From Patescibacteria group bacterium (GTDB lineage Bacteria; Patescibacteriota; Gracilibacteria; Peribacterales; Peribacteraceae): DNA of 64,000 nucleotides. Position 1 is the stretch's first letter; each line of letters starts with the position of its first letter. Below are positions 8,642 through 18,444 of the stretch, piece after piece. The position numbers were made by a program, and so were the translations under genes. The stretch lies in NCBI GenBank assembly GCA_023263945.1, contig JALQTW010000001.1, positions 117,741 to 181,740 of the forward strand. Reading direction: 5' to 3'. The notes below the pieces were generated by a model. It worked only from the letters and a program-made list of their open reading frames with translations, did no database searches and had not been told where the DNA came from.

Positions 8642-10810
8642 TTACAGCGTGAGGGTAAACGTTGTTCCCTTTCCTTCTTCACTCTGAATATCCATTTTTA
8701 CATGAATGACATCGGCAGCAATCTTCGCAATGTAGAGACCTAGGCCATTTCCATCTGTGTCCACCTCCCGTGCGTTATCAGCACGGAAGAGTTTCTCGAA
8801 AATCTTACTCTGGTCTTTCTTTGGAATGCCAATACCGTGATCCTCTACGGAAATAGAGAGAGAGGTATCTTTTTCCTGCACATGAATCGTCACGTTGCTT
8901 CCATCATGAGAGTATTTAATGGCATTGCTGATGATATTCTGCAGAATGAGCTCCAGAAGCTCTGGGTCTGTCCTGCGCATAAGCGTTCCTTTTGTTTGGA
9001 AGTCTTCACACAGCTTGATGGACCGTGTTTTACACTCAAAGAGGAACGTCTTCTCAATTTTACGGATCAATTCAATGACATCAATGGACGTTTCATCATG
9101 AACAGTAAACGTTCCCAATTCCAAGTTCGCAACGTGAAGAAGCGATGTCACCATGCGAATCATACGGTCGTTCGCGGCACCAATTTCCTGCACACTCTTC
9201 TGCTTTTCTTCATCCAATGCACCTTCATCACCACCCAGAAGCATTTCCACATACCAGCGAATGCTGGAGAGAGGAGTGCGGAGCTGGTGTGATGCGAGGG
9301 AAATGAACTGCGACTTCATTTGATCAATACGACGGTCTTCTGTGACATCGCGGAAGAGGGCAATAACACCAAGACATTCACCATTCTTCATAATGGGTGC
9401 TGTTGTGATGAAGATCGGTGCATTTTTGCCGTTCTTTTTCATAATCGAGTAACCAGGATCCAACACCGGTACAACCGGTTCATGGCTTTCCAAAGCGCCC
9501 TTCATCGGGTGATCATTATCGGGGAGTGCTGTGCTGTCTTTTGTAAGGAATCTCAGGATTTCTGTATACGAAATACCTTTTGCTTCGTCTTCTTTCCATC
9601 CTGTGAGGAGACTTCCTGCGTCGTTTAAAAGGATCACGTCGCCTTTTCGATCTGTCACGAGCAAGCCGTACTGAAGGCTCTTAAAGATGGCATCATCTTG
9701 AGCATTCTTTTCCAATACTTCCCGCGTGCGTGCACGAACACGCTCTTCCAGGTTGTCATAACTCTCCTTCAAGCGGCTTGTGAGATCAAAAGCAGTTTGA
9801 TCCACCACTTCCAATTCGTTTCCCGTGAAGATCGTTCGTTCAAAATTCCATTTCTTCGTCTCCAATCCTGAGAGTTTCTGCTTGAGCGAAAGAAGTGGGG
9901 CAGTAATGCGACGTGCCATACTTCCTACAATGGCAATCGAAAGGACAATAATCACCAGACCACCTCCGAACATGGCAAGCGCAAGGCGCCAGATGGGAAT
10001 ATAGGTTTGGTAGCGGTCCACCGTAGCAATAAGCCCCCATCCAACCGAAGGAATATTGCGGGACACGGCGAACACTTTGATATTTGCGTAGTCATAATCT
10101 TCCCGCTCGAATTCATCTCCACGCACAGCCCGACTTGCAAGATCGTCAGATGCGTTTTGAAGAGTGCCGATATATACCATGGAAGGAGAAAGACTGGTTT
10201 CATCACTTGTAAAGAGAAGAACGTCATCTTGGTGTGCTATGACAAGAGACACACGTTCCGCCTCTTCCGTAGATGTAAAGAGACTGGAAAGCAGAATACG
10301 GGTATCAAACACGGCGGCAAGGTTTCCTGTTTGTCGCCCCTTTTCGTGGCGGGGGGTCATGATGATGTACCGGGAGAATCCATCCTGTGTAATAACAGGA
10401 AGAAGAACCGTGGAATCAATTCCCGTGTATTGATCGATTTCATCCAATACATCCTGGGTGGGGAAAGTACCACTTTCCAAAGAAACAGCTCCTGTTTGTG
10501 ACACGCGAAGCAGACTTTCAAAACCAAGAAGCTTCTTGAGAGTGAGTGGGGCCGTGCTCTCTTCTTTTTCTGCAACAACGGCAACCTGTTCGCGTTGCTT
10601 CGTAAGAATGGTCTCTATGAGAGATTCATGACCAGCAACGAGCGAGCGAAGTTGATCGAACGTGTTTCTCCGAATTTCATTCCGTGCAAGCAAGAACGCC
10701 GTCACCACCATCAAGAACACCGTGAGAGCAACAAGGAGCGTCACTTGCACGAAGAGTGTGAAGCGAAGGGATGACCAGGAGCGTGTTTTTGTGGGTGTTT
10801 TGAGATTCAT
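8642..10810 (-). CDS. sensor histidine kinase (two TM helices, extracytoplasmic sensor, HAMP, PAS, HisKA, HATPase)
   Basis: 722 aa. H-box is SHQLRTPLSSIRWYVEML. The N/G boxes are NIISNAIKY ... DHGIGIP ... GNGLGLYIA. It is one of the few genes here with an SD-like AAGAGGA 5 nt upstream. Confidence 0.85.
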   Translation of the reverse strand: MNLKTPTKTRSWSSLRFTLFVQVTLLVALTVFLMVVTAFLLARNEIRRNTFDQLRSLVAGHESLIETILTKQREQVAVVAEKEESTAPLTLKKLLGFESLLRVSQTGAVSLESGTFPTQDVLDEIDQYTGIDSTVLLPVITQDGFSRYIIMTPRHEKGRQTGNLAAVFDTRILLSSLFTSTEEAERVSLVIAHQDDVLLFTSDETSLSPSMVYIGTLQNASDDLASRAVRGDEFEREDYDYANIKVFAVSRNIPSVGWGLIATVDRYQTYIPIWRLALAMFGGGLVIIVLSIAIVGSMARRITAPLLSLKQKLSGLETKKWNFERTIFTGNELEVVDQTAFDLTSRLKESYDNLEERVRARTREVLEKNAQDDAIFKSLQYGLLVTDRKGDVILLNDAGSLLTGWKEDEAKGISYTEILRFLTKDSTALPDNDHPMKGALESHEPVVPVLDPGYSIMKKNGKNAPIFITTAPIMKNGECLGVIALFRDVTEDRRIDQMKSQFISLASHQLRTPLSSIRWYVEMLLGGDEGALDEEKQKSVQEIGAANDRMIRMVTSLLHVANLELGTFTVHDETSIDVIELIRKIEKTFLFECKTRSIKLCEDFQTKGTLMRRTDPELLELILQNIISNAIKYSHDGSNVTIHVQEKDTSLSISVEDHGIGIPKKDQSKIFEKLFRADNAREVDTDGNGLGLYIAKIAADVIHVKMDIQSEEGKGTTFTLTL

Positions 10811-10886
10811 GGATTTCCTCTTATTTTAGCACAAAAACGGAGTTTTTTCCATCTCAAAAAAGCCTCTTAAAAGGCATTTAGCGCTC

Positions 10887-10911
10887 AAAGAAAAAGGCTC
10901 CTTTCGGAGCC
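10887..10911 (-). terminator. intrinsic terminator after the major pilin gene
   Basis: On the minus strand: GGCTCC-GAAA-GGAGCC followed by TTTTTCTTT. Confidence 0.7.
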
Positions 10912-10937
10912 CTTTCTTCTCGTTTTGAGGCGAGTGA

Positions 10938-11381
10938 TTAGCGCGTAACGGTGATGGACGCACTGTTCTCTGCACTTGGTGCAGCAACCGTAATGCGCGA
11001 CGTTGTCGCGTCCTTTACGATCGTGTAATCCGTGCTGTTTGCATCCGTGGAGGATGGGTCAGCAGGCATTGCCACAACGTACGAGCCTGTAAGCACATCG
11101 AGATCGATGAGGCTTGTACAGCTTGTTGCCGTTGTGCGGCAAATTTCCGTTGCCGTGGTCGTAATAGTACTTGGAATCTGACCGTTGTGGTCGATCGAGT
11201 ACTGGTACACGGCGTTCAGAATCGTGTTCACGTCTGAGCGGCGCTGTGCATTGCGGGCATCACCCAACTGCTTGGTCGGGTTGATAGCCACAATCACGAT
11301 TGCAGCCAAGATCGCGATGATTCCGATGACGAGGAGGAGTTCAATCAAGGTGAACCCTCCACGAGGAGAACGACGGATCAT
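10938..11381 (-). CDS. type IV pilin (candidate major pilin)
   Basis: An internal ATG at 11381 gives MIRRSPRGG|FTLIELLLVIGIIAILAAIVIVAINP, a canonical class III signal with Glu+5. It is the last gene of the pilus operon and has a strong terminator. Confidence 0.8.
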   Translation of the reverse strand: MIRRSPRGGFTLIELLLVIGIIAILAAIVIVAINPTKQLGDARNAQRRSDVNTILNAVYQYSIDHNGQIPSTITTTATEICRTTATSCTSLIDLDVLTGSYVVAMPADPSSTDANSTDYTIVKDATTSRITVAAPSAENSASITVTR

Positions 11382-11516
11382 AGAAAGGGGGGAGAAAATG
11401 AGAACACCATCAAGAAAATGATGGTACAACAGCGATTGTAGCAATTATTTGTTCAGTGTCCATAGGATTTTAAGAAAAGAACAAACAGAGGTTTTTCAGA
11501 TATTTGATTGCTTGAA

Positions 11517-11551
11517 AAAGAAGACAGAAGTCAGAAATCAGAAGACAGACG
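11517..11551. repeat. single-armed CAGAAG-word array upstream of the major pilin gene
   Basis: AAAGAAGACAGAAGTCAGAAATCAGAAGACAGACG. It shares the 13-mer CAGAAATCAGAAG with 51880-51892 (and its reverse complement at 51390-51402), and the 10-mer CAGAAGTCAG with 52728-52737. Confidence 0.6.
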
Positions 11552-11560
11552 ATGAATCCC

Positions 11561-12193
11561 TCAACACGAAATAGCCCCCGATCCCGTTTTACAGACCCCA
11601 CTCTGACAGTACGGCCACTTGTAATCGTGAGAGGTGCACGCGGGAGCACTGCATCCGGAACATCCGCCGGATTCGTATGTTCTATCTTGCGGAAGGAGAG
11701 CGCTGCCATCAAAATGTTTTGTGTACGTAATGGGTTTTGGAAGAGGAATGATTGTTTCCAGATCGAATGAAAAGGTCATACTTTTCGATACAGACCCAGA
11801 AACATTCCGGAACACCAGATTTTTCATGATGACATTCTCCGGAAGGACGTAATCCACCGTTCTCTTTTGAACCATGATGAGGTTGCCTGTGGAGGACTTT
11901 GCAAAAACTGTTGCATATTCATTTTCTAGCCGCATTTGAAGCGCAAGAATGGCTCCTGTTGCTCCGGCAGAGGGTGAAAGGATTCTTTCTGCATTGTGAA
12001 TAGAGCGCGAAAAAAGTTGGACTGTTTTTGCGCCGTGTTGTTCAAACTCTGCAATAGAACCCTGACGAACACGGGTGTCTTCTGTTGCAAGTAGCATGAA
12101 GACAAGGGCCGTGCTCACGAAGGCGAGAAGACCCAAGAAGAGGAGAAACTCCACAAGGGTGGTGCCAGATCTGAGAACAAATGTTAGCCGCAT
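11561..12193 (-). CDS. minor pilin / pseudopilin
   Basis: MRLTFVLRSG|TTLVEFLLFLGLLAFV is a prepilin-type signal with Glu+5. It overlaps the upstream gene by 10 nt. Confidence 0.6.
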   Translation of the reverse strand: MRLTFVLRSGTTLVEFLLFLGLLAFVSTALVFMLLATEDTRVRQGSIAEFEQHGAKTVQLFSRSIHNAERILSPSAGATGAILALQMRLENEYATVFAKSSTGNLIMVQKRTVDYVLPENVIMKNLVFRNVSGSVSKSMTFSFDLETIIPLPKPITYTKHFDGSALLPQDRTYESGGCSGCSAPACTSHDYKWPYCQSGVCKTGSGAISC

Positions 12194-12606
12194 AGAGAAA
12201 TTTCAGGAACTTCTTGCCAGGAGGACACTTCTATCTGAGGGAGAAGTGTATCGATAAGTATCTCCAATCGTGAAACAGTAGACCCCACCTGTGCTTCTGT
12301 ACACAATGTCCGGTTCCAGTTTCCAGATCCTCCAATAGGATAAATAGAACATGTGACATTCGTCGTAAATGCGGAGATGGTTACGTTTCCTGTATAGGTA
12401 GGATCATTATGAAGAGCGAGGAGTGCGTAATCTGCACACGCTTCTGCCGCATTGCGTGCACGGAAAGATTCATCCACAGAATAGGCAGTGAGCTCGGAGG
12501 AATTCCCAAGAAGAATCAAAGATGCCGTAATCACCGACGCAATTGCTCCAATAATGAGGATGGAGATGAGCAGGAGGTAGCCGTTTTTGGAGCGATGGAG
12601 CATCAT
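12184..12606 (-). CDS. minor pilin-like protein (PilX-like, no Glu+5)
   Basis: The start at 12606 forms an ATGA overlap with the upstream stop. MMLHRSKNG|YLLLISILIIGAIASVITASLILL. Confidence 0.5.
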   Translation of the reverse strand: MMLHRSKNGYLLLISILIIGAIASVITASLILLGNSSELTAYSVDESFRARNAAEACADYALLALHNDPTYTGNVTISAFTTNVTCSIYPIGGSGNWNRTLCTEAQVGSTVSRLEILIDTLLPQIEVSSWQEVPEISLCG

Positions 12607-14051
12607 GACCCAGGAGAGAGAATACGAAGTTGTGTAGGGGTGACGATGAATAATTTGTCCCGTGACCAATCGTAATAAAGCCCGTTCACATTTCCTCCCG
12701 CGTTATAGGACACAAGAGAAGGAGAACCTCCGCGCATGAGAATGGGGAGATCCAAAATGCGCACCTGCGCATTCGTCGCCGTATCACCAACGAAGAGGTA
12801 CGTTCCTGCAGGGTCCATCGCAAGACCATTCACGTCTCCTACTGCATCAAAAGTCCAGGGTCCTGGAGGGCTACTTGGAAGTGCAGAGTCTTCAATGGAG
12901 TATCCATTGATTGTCATGATGGAACTTCCGTACACGCGCCCGATGATCACACCGGTTTCGGTTGTGATAACAGAGAGTCCATCGTAGACATCGGTGAGAT
13001 CAATACCAATTCCTGTTACGAACGAGAGATCGGTGGGATCGAACACATCCACCACTTTGAGTTCTCCAGGATCATCACTTGTTGCGGTGTAGGCATAGCC
13101 ATCGTGGAGAGCAATGCTGCGCACATCACCGGTCATATTCAGGGAATCCTCAAATGCGAGACTTCCCGGACTTATGGTCAGTGTGAGCAATTCATCACCA
13201 CTCACTTGCTCGTTCGTTCCCACGTATAAGGTAGAGCCGTAGACAGCAATAGATCGTGCCGTGACAGATCCTGCAATGTTATAACTTCCACTCAGAACAC
13301 CAGGACTCATTGTCGATGGTGAGCGCGTATCGAAGACCATCACTTCATTGGACGCATTATCGGTTGCTATAAAAAGTTTGTATCCATCGGCGACAATGCC
13401 GTACCCCGATGCACCGAGATCGAACGTTGAATTGATACGTGTTGGACTTGCAGGATTGGTAATATCAAATATGTAGAGGCCTTTTCCGCCTGCGGCGTGA
13501 TCGGACGTGACAAACGCGTAATTCCCGGAAACCGCAATGTTGTGAAAATCCGGCGTACCACCGGGAGTATTGGAGCCCGTAAGAAGAACGCTGTGCCAGT
13601 TACCGGGGTTTGTCACCGCCTGCCAGTTACTGAGATACGTGGTCACCGTAATAGAACCACTCTCATGAGGATTAAAATTCCACGTTGCACGGGATGTTGC
13701 TTCCCAGATATTTGTTCCACGGGATGTCAGTGTTAAGGTGAGCTGATATCCATCGCTTGTTGTGGTACTTCCAGAGCTGTTCAGAACCCATCTGCCAGAA
13801 CTGTTAATGGCAACTCCATGAGTGCCGGCTGTGAGAGAGGAAAAGCCGTCATCGCGAATGGCACGAAGGGCACTCAGTTGTCTGTCTGCCAAGACCGTTG
13901 CGCGAAGCCGGTTTCCGCTTGCAACCGTGCTTTGTTCTCCTTCAATGAGGACAAGTCCAACACCTCCCAAAAAAATCGCAAACAGAGCGATTGCAAGAAT
14001 CCCTTCCAGAAGAAGGGAACCACCGTGCCGTTTCTGATGCATGTTCTTCAT
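12603..14051 (-). CDS. pilin-like protein carrying an LVIVD-repeat beta-propeller
   Basis: ATG at 14051 forms an ATGA overlap with the upstream stop. MKNMHQKRHGG|SLLLEGILAIALFAIFLGG has Glu+5. The body has repeated blades (GNYAFVTSDHAAGGKGLYIFDITNPASP; GYKLFIATDNASNEVMVFDTRSPS; DGYAYTATSDDPGELKVVDVFDPTDL; GTYLFVGDTATNAQVRILDL). Confidence 0.65.
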   Translation of the reverse strand: MKNMHQKRHGGSLLLEGILAIALFAIFLGGVGLVLIEGEQSTVASGNRLRATVLADRQLSALRAIRDDGFSSLTAGTHGVAINSSGRWVLNSSGSTTTSDGYQLTLTLTSRGTNIWEATSRATWNFNPHESGSITVTTYLSNWQAVTNPGNWHSVLLTGSNTPGGTPDFHNIAVSGNYAFVTSDHAAGGKGLYIFDITNPASPTRINSTFDLGASGYGIVADGYKLFIATDNASNEVMVFDTRSPSTMSPGVLSGSYNIAGSVTARSIAVYGSTLYVGTNEQVSGDELLTLTISPGSLAFEDSLNMTGDVRSIALHDGYAYTATSDDPGELKVVDVFDPTDLSFVTGIGIDLTDVYDGLSVITTETGVIIGRVYGSSIMTINGYSIEDSALPSSPPGPWTFDAVGDVNGLAMDPAGTYLFVGDTATNAQVRILDLPILMRGGSPSLVSYNAGGNVNGLYYDWSRDKLFIVTPTQLRILSPGS

Positions 14052-14875
14052 AGAATTGGCTCTGGAGGAAGACATTCCTGTTTTTCAAAGCGAATGCGAA
14101 GAACGGCATCTTGGAAATCTCCTGCCGCAGGATCATCCAACTCCGCAAGAATGATGATGTCTCCTTCTTCTCCTGCAATGTGTCCGTTGGATGTGAGAAT
14201 ACTCTGCAAGAAAGGCTTTGACGGAGTCGAGAGAATGGCAGCAGGAATGGAATCACCTGCAGTGAGGACAAGAATGTGACTGTCGCCTTCTCCCGTTGTG
14301 ACTTTCTTCTGGTAGGACCATCCGTATCTGCCTTCAAGGGTGAGGAGCATTCTTCCGCCACCTGAAATATTGGAGACTACATCGGACTCACCTCCACGAA
14401 TCGCTTTGAGGGCAAAGAGAGGGCGCCACGTTGCCCCGTTATCCGTACTGATGCTTGCATGAACATCCACCCGGGGACCGCGATACCCCACGGTACTCTC
14501 TGAGCCCAACGCTTCTACGTGTGCGGTGACGTTCACAGCGGGTGTGATACCTCCATCACGATCAATCGTAGGCAATGCAATACATGATGTGTCTGATGGG
14601 ATACTCATTCCAGATGAGGAAGAGGATGAATTTGTTTCTGGGGTAAAAGGCTGTTGTGGTGTGTGATGCAGAGTGGCAGGTTCCTTCTCTTGCCCAAGAG
14701 GCATATCGAGAGGCATGAGAGACGGCATGCGAGTCAAAATGGATGCATCGATGTGCAGATTCTTCGTTGTCATCACAAACACGGCAGCCATAGTTGCAAG
14801 CAATCCCATGACAACAACAAATTCAGCAGTACTGAATCCTTTCAAAAGCCGGTGAATCATTGGATGAAATCTCAT
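14048..14875 (-). CDS. minor pilin / pseudopilin
   Basis: MRFHPMIHRLLKG|FSTAEFVVVMGLLATMAAVFV has Glu+5. It starts 2 nt after the pilC stop. Confidence 0.6.
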   Translation of the reverse strand: MRFHPMIHRLLKGFSTAEFVVVMGLLATMAAVFVMTTKNLHIDASILTRMPSLMPLDMPLGQEKEPATLHHTPQQPFTPETNSSSSSSGMSIPSDTSCIALPTIDRDGGITPAVNVTAHVEALGSESTVGYRGPRVDVHASISTDNGATWRPLFALKAIRGGESDVVSNISGGGRMLLTLEGRYGWSYQKKVTTGEGDSHILVLTAGDSIPAAILSTPSKPFLQSILTSNGHIAGEEGDIIILAELDDPAAGDFQDAVLRIRFEKQECLPPEPIL

Positions 14876-14877
14876 AA

Positions 14878-16131
14878 TTAACGACCAATAGAACCAACAA
14901 CGGAATAAATAGGAACAATAATGGCGAAGGCAACAGTTCCCACAACGCCTCCAATGAAAAACAGAAGCATTGGTTCCAAAATAACAGGAAGCTTGTGCGC
15001 TGTTTCTTCCGCCTTCTTTTCGTAAATATCCGCAATTTTCAGGAGCATATCTGCAAGTGCGCCAGATTTTTCACCGGTGACGACAAGCTGCTGCACAGAA
15101 ACAGGCAGCAACTTATCAGATCCGCGCATACGCCCGAACGATGTAGCGAAGGAATTTCCCACATTCACTTCATCTGCCAGTTTGAAATAGAATTTTTTGT
15201 AAGCAACGGTATCGGTCACCTCGGCAAGCGAGTGAATGGAATCTACAAGAGGAACTCCGGCACGAAGGAGACTTCCCAAAATCACACCAAAACGTGCAAT
15301 GGTTGCCTGCTTTGCAAGTGCACCAACACCGGGAATGTGGAAGATGAGCTTTTGTGTAGGTCCTTTGAGTGGTGTGTATTTACAGAGAATGACAATGACA
15401 ACACAGACAACGCCAAAGGAGGGAACTGCAACAGAGCCATGTGCAGAGAAGAAGTTTGCAATCCAGATGATGATGCGTGTCACAAGTGGAAGCTTTGCAT
15501 GAAGCGAAAGAAGTACACCCACCAGTTTGGGCAACACAAACCACGCAAGGCCCAGTGTGACCACGATGGTGAGAGAAAGCACAATGGTCGGATAAATCAT
15601 TGCCATCTTCACTTTTTGCTTGAGTCCATGATCTTTCTCCTGCTGCTCTGCAAGGTGAGCCATGTTCTTGGAGAGGGAACCCGACTCTTCACCAATGCGA
15701 ATGAGGGCAAGCTCGTACGGAGCAAACAGATGCTGGTTGTCCATAGATCTCCAGAGAGGACTTCCGTTCGAAACCTCCTCCATGATCTGCTTGATAATTT
15801 TACGCATGGGTTTGGATTTCACTTCGGCAAGAATGGTACTGAGTGCATCTGTCACATTCAGTCCTGCCGTTAACAGAATGGCAAGATTCTGAATGAAGCG
15901 GGAACGCTCTTTCCCCATACCAAAGTGGCTGATGGCACCCAAAAGGTGAGATAAATCACCAGACTTTTTTTTGGTAGCAGGCTTTTTAACAGGTTCCTGT
16001 TTGGGAGCTTCCGGGGGGGGTGTTTTTGCTTCTTGTTTGAGGTCTGCAACAGACTTCTTTAATTCAGAAATAGGTGGAGCTGGTTGCGGCTCCGGAGATT
16101 TCTTCCCTTTGGAGAAAGAAAAAATATTCAT
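14878..16131 (-). CDS. pilC: type IV pilus platform protein (GspF/PilC family)
   Basis: 417 aa with two T2SS-F-type repeats and 3 TM segments. It overlaps pilB by 4 nt. Confidence 0.85.
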   Translation of the reverse strand: MNIFSFSKGKKSPEPQPAPPISELKKSVADLKQEAKTPPPEAPKQEPVKKPATKKKSGDLSHLLGAISHFGMGKERSRFIQNLAILLTAGLNVTDALSTILAEVKSKPMRKIIKQIMEEVSNGSPLWRSMDNQHLFAPYELALIRIGEESGSLSKNMAHLAEQQEKDHGLKQKVKMAMIYPTIVLSLTIVVTLGLAWFVLPKLVGVLLSLHAKLPLVTRIIIWIANFFSAHGSVAVPSFGVVCVVIVILCKYTPLKGPTQKLIFHIPGVGALAKQATIARFGVILGSLLRAGVPLVDSIHSLAEVTDTVAYKKFYFKLADEVNVGNSFATSFGRMRGSDKLLPVSVQQLVVTGEKSGALADMLLKIADIYEKKAEETAHKLPVILEPMLLFFIGGVVGTVAFAIIVPIYSVVGSIGR

Positions 16132-17915
16132 GATGTATGAGACGTGGTGTCATCTTTTTTCGCTTCCATGGAAACAACTTCCGGAGGAGCCGCAATACGA
16201 AGAAGTTCTTCAATGGTTGTGAGTCCTGCTTTCACTTTTTCCAAGCCGTCTTCAAACAGATAGTGCATTCCTGCTCCACGTGCCTTGGACATAATTTCCG
16301 TAGACGAAGCACGTTTCACAATGAGATCTTCAATAGCAGGGGTTACTTCCAGAAGCTCATAAATACCAACACGACCGCGATACCCCGTATTTCCACACGA
16401 TGTACAACCCTTTCCGCGGTAGAGCACAATCGGTTCATTTGCAGGGAAGTATGACTCTGCGCCTACGAACAACTGACGCGCATCTGTTGGCTCCACGCTG
16501 TAACTGAAACGGCAGTGGGGACAAATGCGTCGTGCAAGACGCTGCGCCACAATCACCTCCAATGTGGATGCAAGCAAGAACGGCTCTACACCCATTTCGA
16601 TGAGGCGGGGGATGGCGGTTCCGGAATCATTCGCGTGGAGGGTTGAAAAGAGCAAGTGCCCTGTAAGCGCTGCGTTCACGGCAATAGATGCTGTTTCTGC
16701 GTCACGAATTTCACCCACCAGAATGATGTCCGGGTCCTGACGCACAAGAGCACGAAGACCTTTTGCGAAGGTGAGATCGGACGCTGCATTCACCTGAATG
16801 TGATTGATGCCGGGAATTTTGTATTCCACCGGATCTTCAATCGTCGAAATGTTCACATCCGGGCGGTTACGCATCTTGAGAAGTCCATAGAGCGTTGTGG
16901 ATTTACCTGCACCGGTTGGTCCGGTCGTGAGAATCATGCCGAACGGCTTGTGTGCCGCACGTTCCAGAATTTCACGGTAGGAATCCGAAAATCCAAGATC
17001 TGCAAGGGTGAGTGTTCGCACGTATTCGGAGAGCAAACGCATCACCACTTTTTCACCGTCCACAATCGGCACAATGGATACACGAACGTCCATGGTTCCG
17101 GCTTTGGAGTGATAGCGAATGGCACCGTCTTGTGCGGCGTAGTGTTCATCGATGCGCAGGTTCGCTTCAATCTTGATGCGGTTCACAATGCCTTCGTAGA
17201 ATTGTTTTGGGAGTCGTCCTGCTTCGTGCATCACACCGTCCACGCGGAAGCGAATCACCACATCTCCCTCTTGTGGTTCAAAGTGAATGTCCGATGCGCG
17301 GAGTGTCATGGCATCATCAAAAATTTCGTTGAGAATTTCCGGCGCAATTTTTGTCTGGCCTTCAATGAGCGATTGAAAGCGCGTTGAAAGAGGTTTTCGG
17401 TAGTACGAGAATCCTGCCTCAATGGAGTTCTTCGGCGCATATACGAGCTTAATAGTTCCCGAGAAAGGTTTTATATCCGCTTTTGGTTTACTGCCCCATA
17501 GACTCTTTCGCATCGACTTCTTTTCGCCAGCAGGTTCAATGAACTGTGGTTGTCCAATGTTCTGTTTCAACGTTTCTGTGAGTTCGGGAATGGTGGGATC
17601 CGACGTAGCAACCGTCACGGTTTCGTTTTCCCGCTTTACGGCAAGAACCGAGAGAGAACGAGCACACTCTTCCGGAAGAAGTTCGGCAACATCTGGAGTA
17701 GGAGGATGTGCGGGAATATCGTAGAACGGAAGTTTGTAATGTTCAGCCAAAGCATTTTCCAAAAGCTCACGGGTAAGAAGTCCCTGTTCAAACAGGACCA
17801 TCTTCAGATCAATCTTTCGCTCTGCTGCTTCTGCAAGAACTTTCTGCAATTCCTCTGGTGCAAGGTAGTTCTGCTCTAGCAGGATTGCGCCCAATTGTTC
17901 GTTTGTGAGTTGCAT
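16128..17915 (-). CDS. pilB: type IV pilus assembly ATPase (GspE/PilB family)
   Basis: 595 aa with an N-terminal T2SSE_N-like domain, Walker A GPTGAGKST, Asp/His boxes, and the tetracysteine motif CPHC...CTSC. Confidence 0.9.
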   Translation of the reverse strand: MQLTNEQLGAILLEQNYLAPEELQKVLAEAAERKIDLKMVLFEQGLLTRELLENALAEHYKLPFYDIPAHPPTPDVAELLPEECARSLSVLAVKRENETVTVATSDPTIPELTETLKQNIGQPQFIEPAGEKKSMRKSLWGSKPKADIKPFSGTIKLVYAPKNSIEAGFSYYRKPLSTRFQSLIEGQTKIAPEILNEIFDDAMTLRASDIHFEPQEGDVVIRFRVDGVMHEAGRLPKQFYEGIVNRIKIEANLRIDEHYAAQDGAIRYHSKAGTMDVRVSIVPIVDGEKVVMRLLSEYVRTLTLADLGFSDSYREILERAAHKPFGMILTTGPTGAGKSTTLYGLLKMRNRPDVNISTIEDPVEYKIPGINHIQVNAASDLTFAKGLRALVRQDPDIILVGEIRDAETASIAVNAALTGHLLFSTLHANDSGTAIPRLIEMGVEPFLLASTLEVIVAQRLARRICPHCRFSYSVEPTDARQLFVGAESYFPANEPIVLYRGKGCTSCGNTGYRGRVGIYELLEVTPAIEDLIVKRASSTEIMSKARGAGMHYLFEDGLEKVKAGLTTIEELLRIAAPPEVVSMEAKKDDTTSHTS

Positions 17916-17918
17916 GGT

Positions 17919-18362
17919 TTAGGCAGGGGGAAGAAGTGCTTTCACACGTGTGACAATGTCTGCAATGGGAGTGTTGGATTTCACAAAGTAATCTGCGGCA
18001 CCAAGTTCTTTTGCTTTCTTGCGGTCTTCCTCCTGTCCCAAGTTACTCAGCACGATGACGGGCATGGAAATATTGTTCGACTTCATTTCATTGAGAACCG
18101 TGAAGCCATCTACCCGCGGCATGATGAGATCCAACAACATCATTCCGTAGCCAGGGTTCTTTAATTCGGCAATTGCCTCCTCGCCGTTCATCACCACTTT
18201 CACGTTGTATCCCTCATGCTTCAGCTTCATTTCCAGTGCATGCGCCAACGGCTTCTCATCTTCCACCACCAACACAATGCCCTTGGCACTAGGCACAGGG
18301 GTACTTGGTGCTGCTTCTGGAGCCACCGGAGCCGAGAATGGAGTTAGTGTTTGTTCGTCCAT
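17919..18362 (-). CDS. stand-alone response-regulator receiver domain (CheY-like)
   Basis: 147 aa. IVLVVEDEKP ... MMLLDLIMPRVDG ... VIVLSNLG ... GAADYFVK. No output domain. It is the first gene of the pilus operon. Confidence 0.8.
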   Translation of the reverse strand: MDEQTLTPFSAPVAPEAAPSTPVPSAKGIVLVVEDEKPLAHALEMKLKHEGYNVKVVMNGEEAIAELKNPGYGMMLLDLIMPRVDGFTVLNEMKSNNISMPVIVLSNLGQEEDRKKAKELGAADYFVKSNTPIADIVTRVKALLPPA

Positions 18363-18386
18363 ACGGGGACTTCAAGAAATCCTTTT

Positions 18387-18415
18387 ATTGTAGCAGAAAA
18401 ACCCTTTTCGGGCAA
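18387..18415 (-). promoter_or_regulatory. candidate promoter of the REC-pilB-pilC-pilin operon (TTGCCC-17-TACAAT)
   Basis: Read on the minus strand. The -10 lies 24 nt upstream of the REC ATG. Confidence 0.35.
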
Positions 18416-18444
18416 TGGCGTTCTTGCTATGCTTTTTCCGCTCC

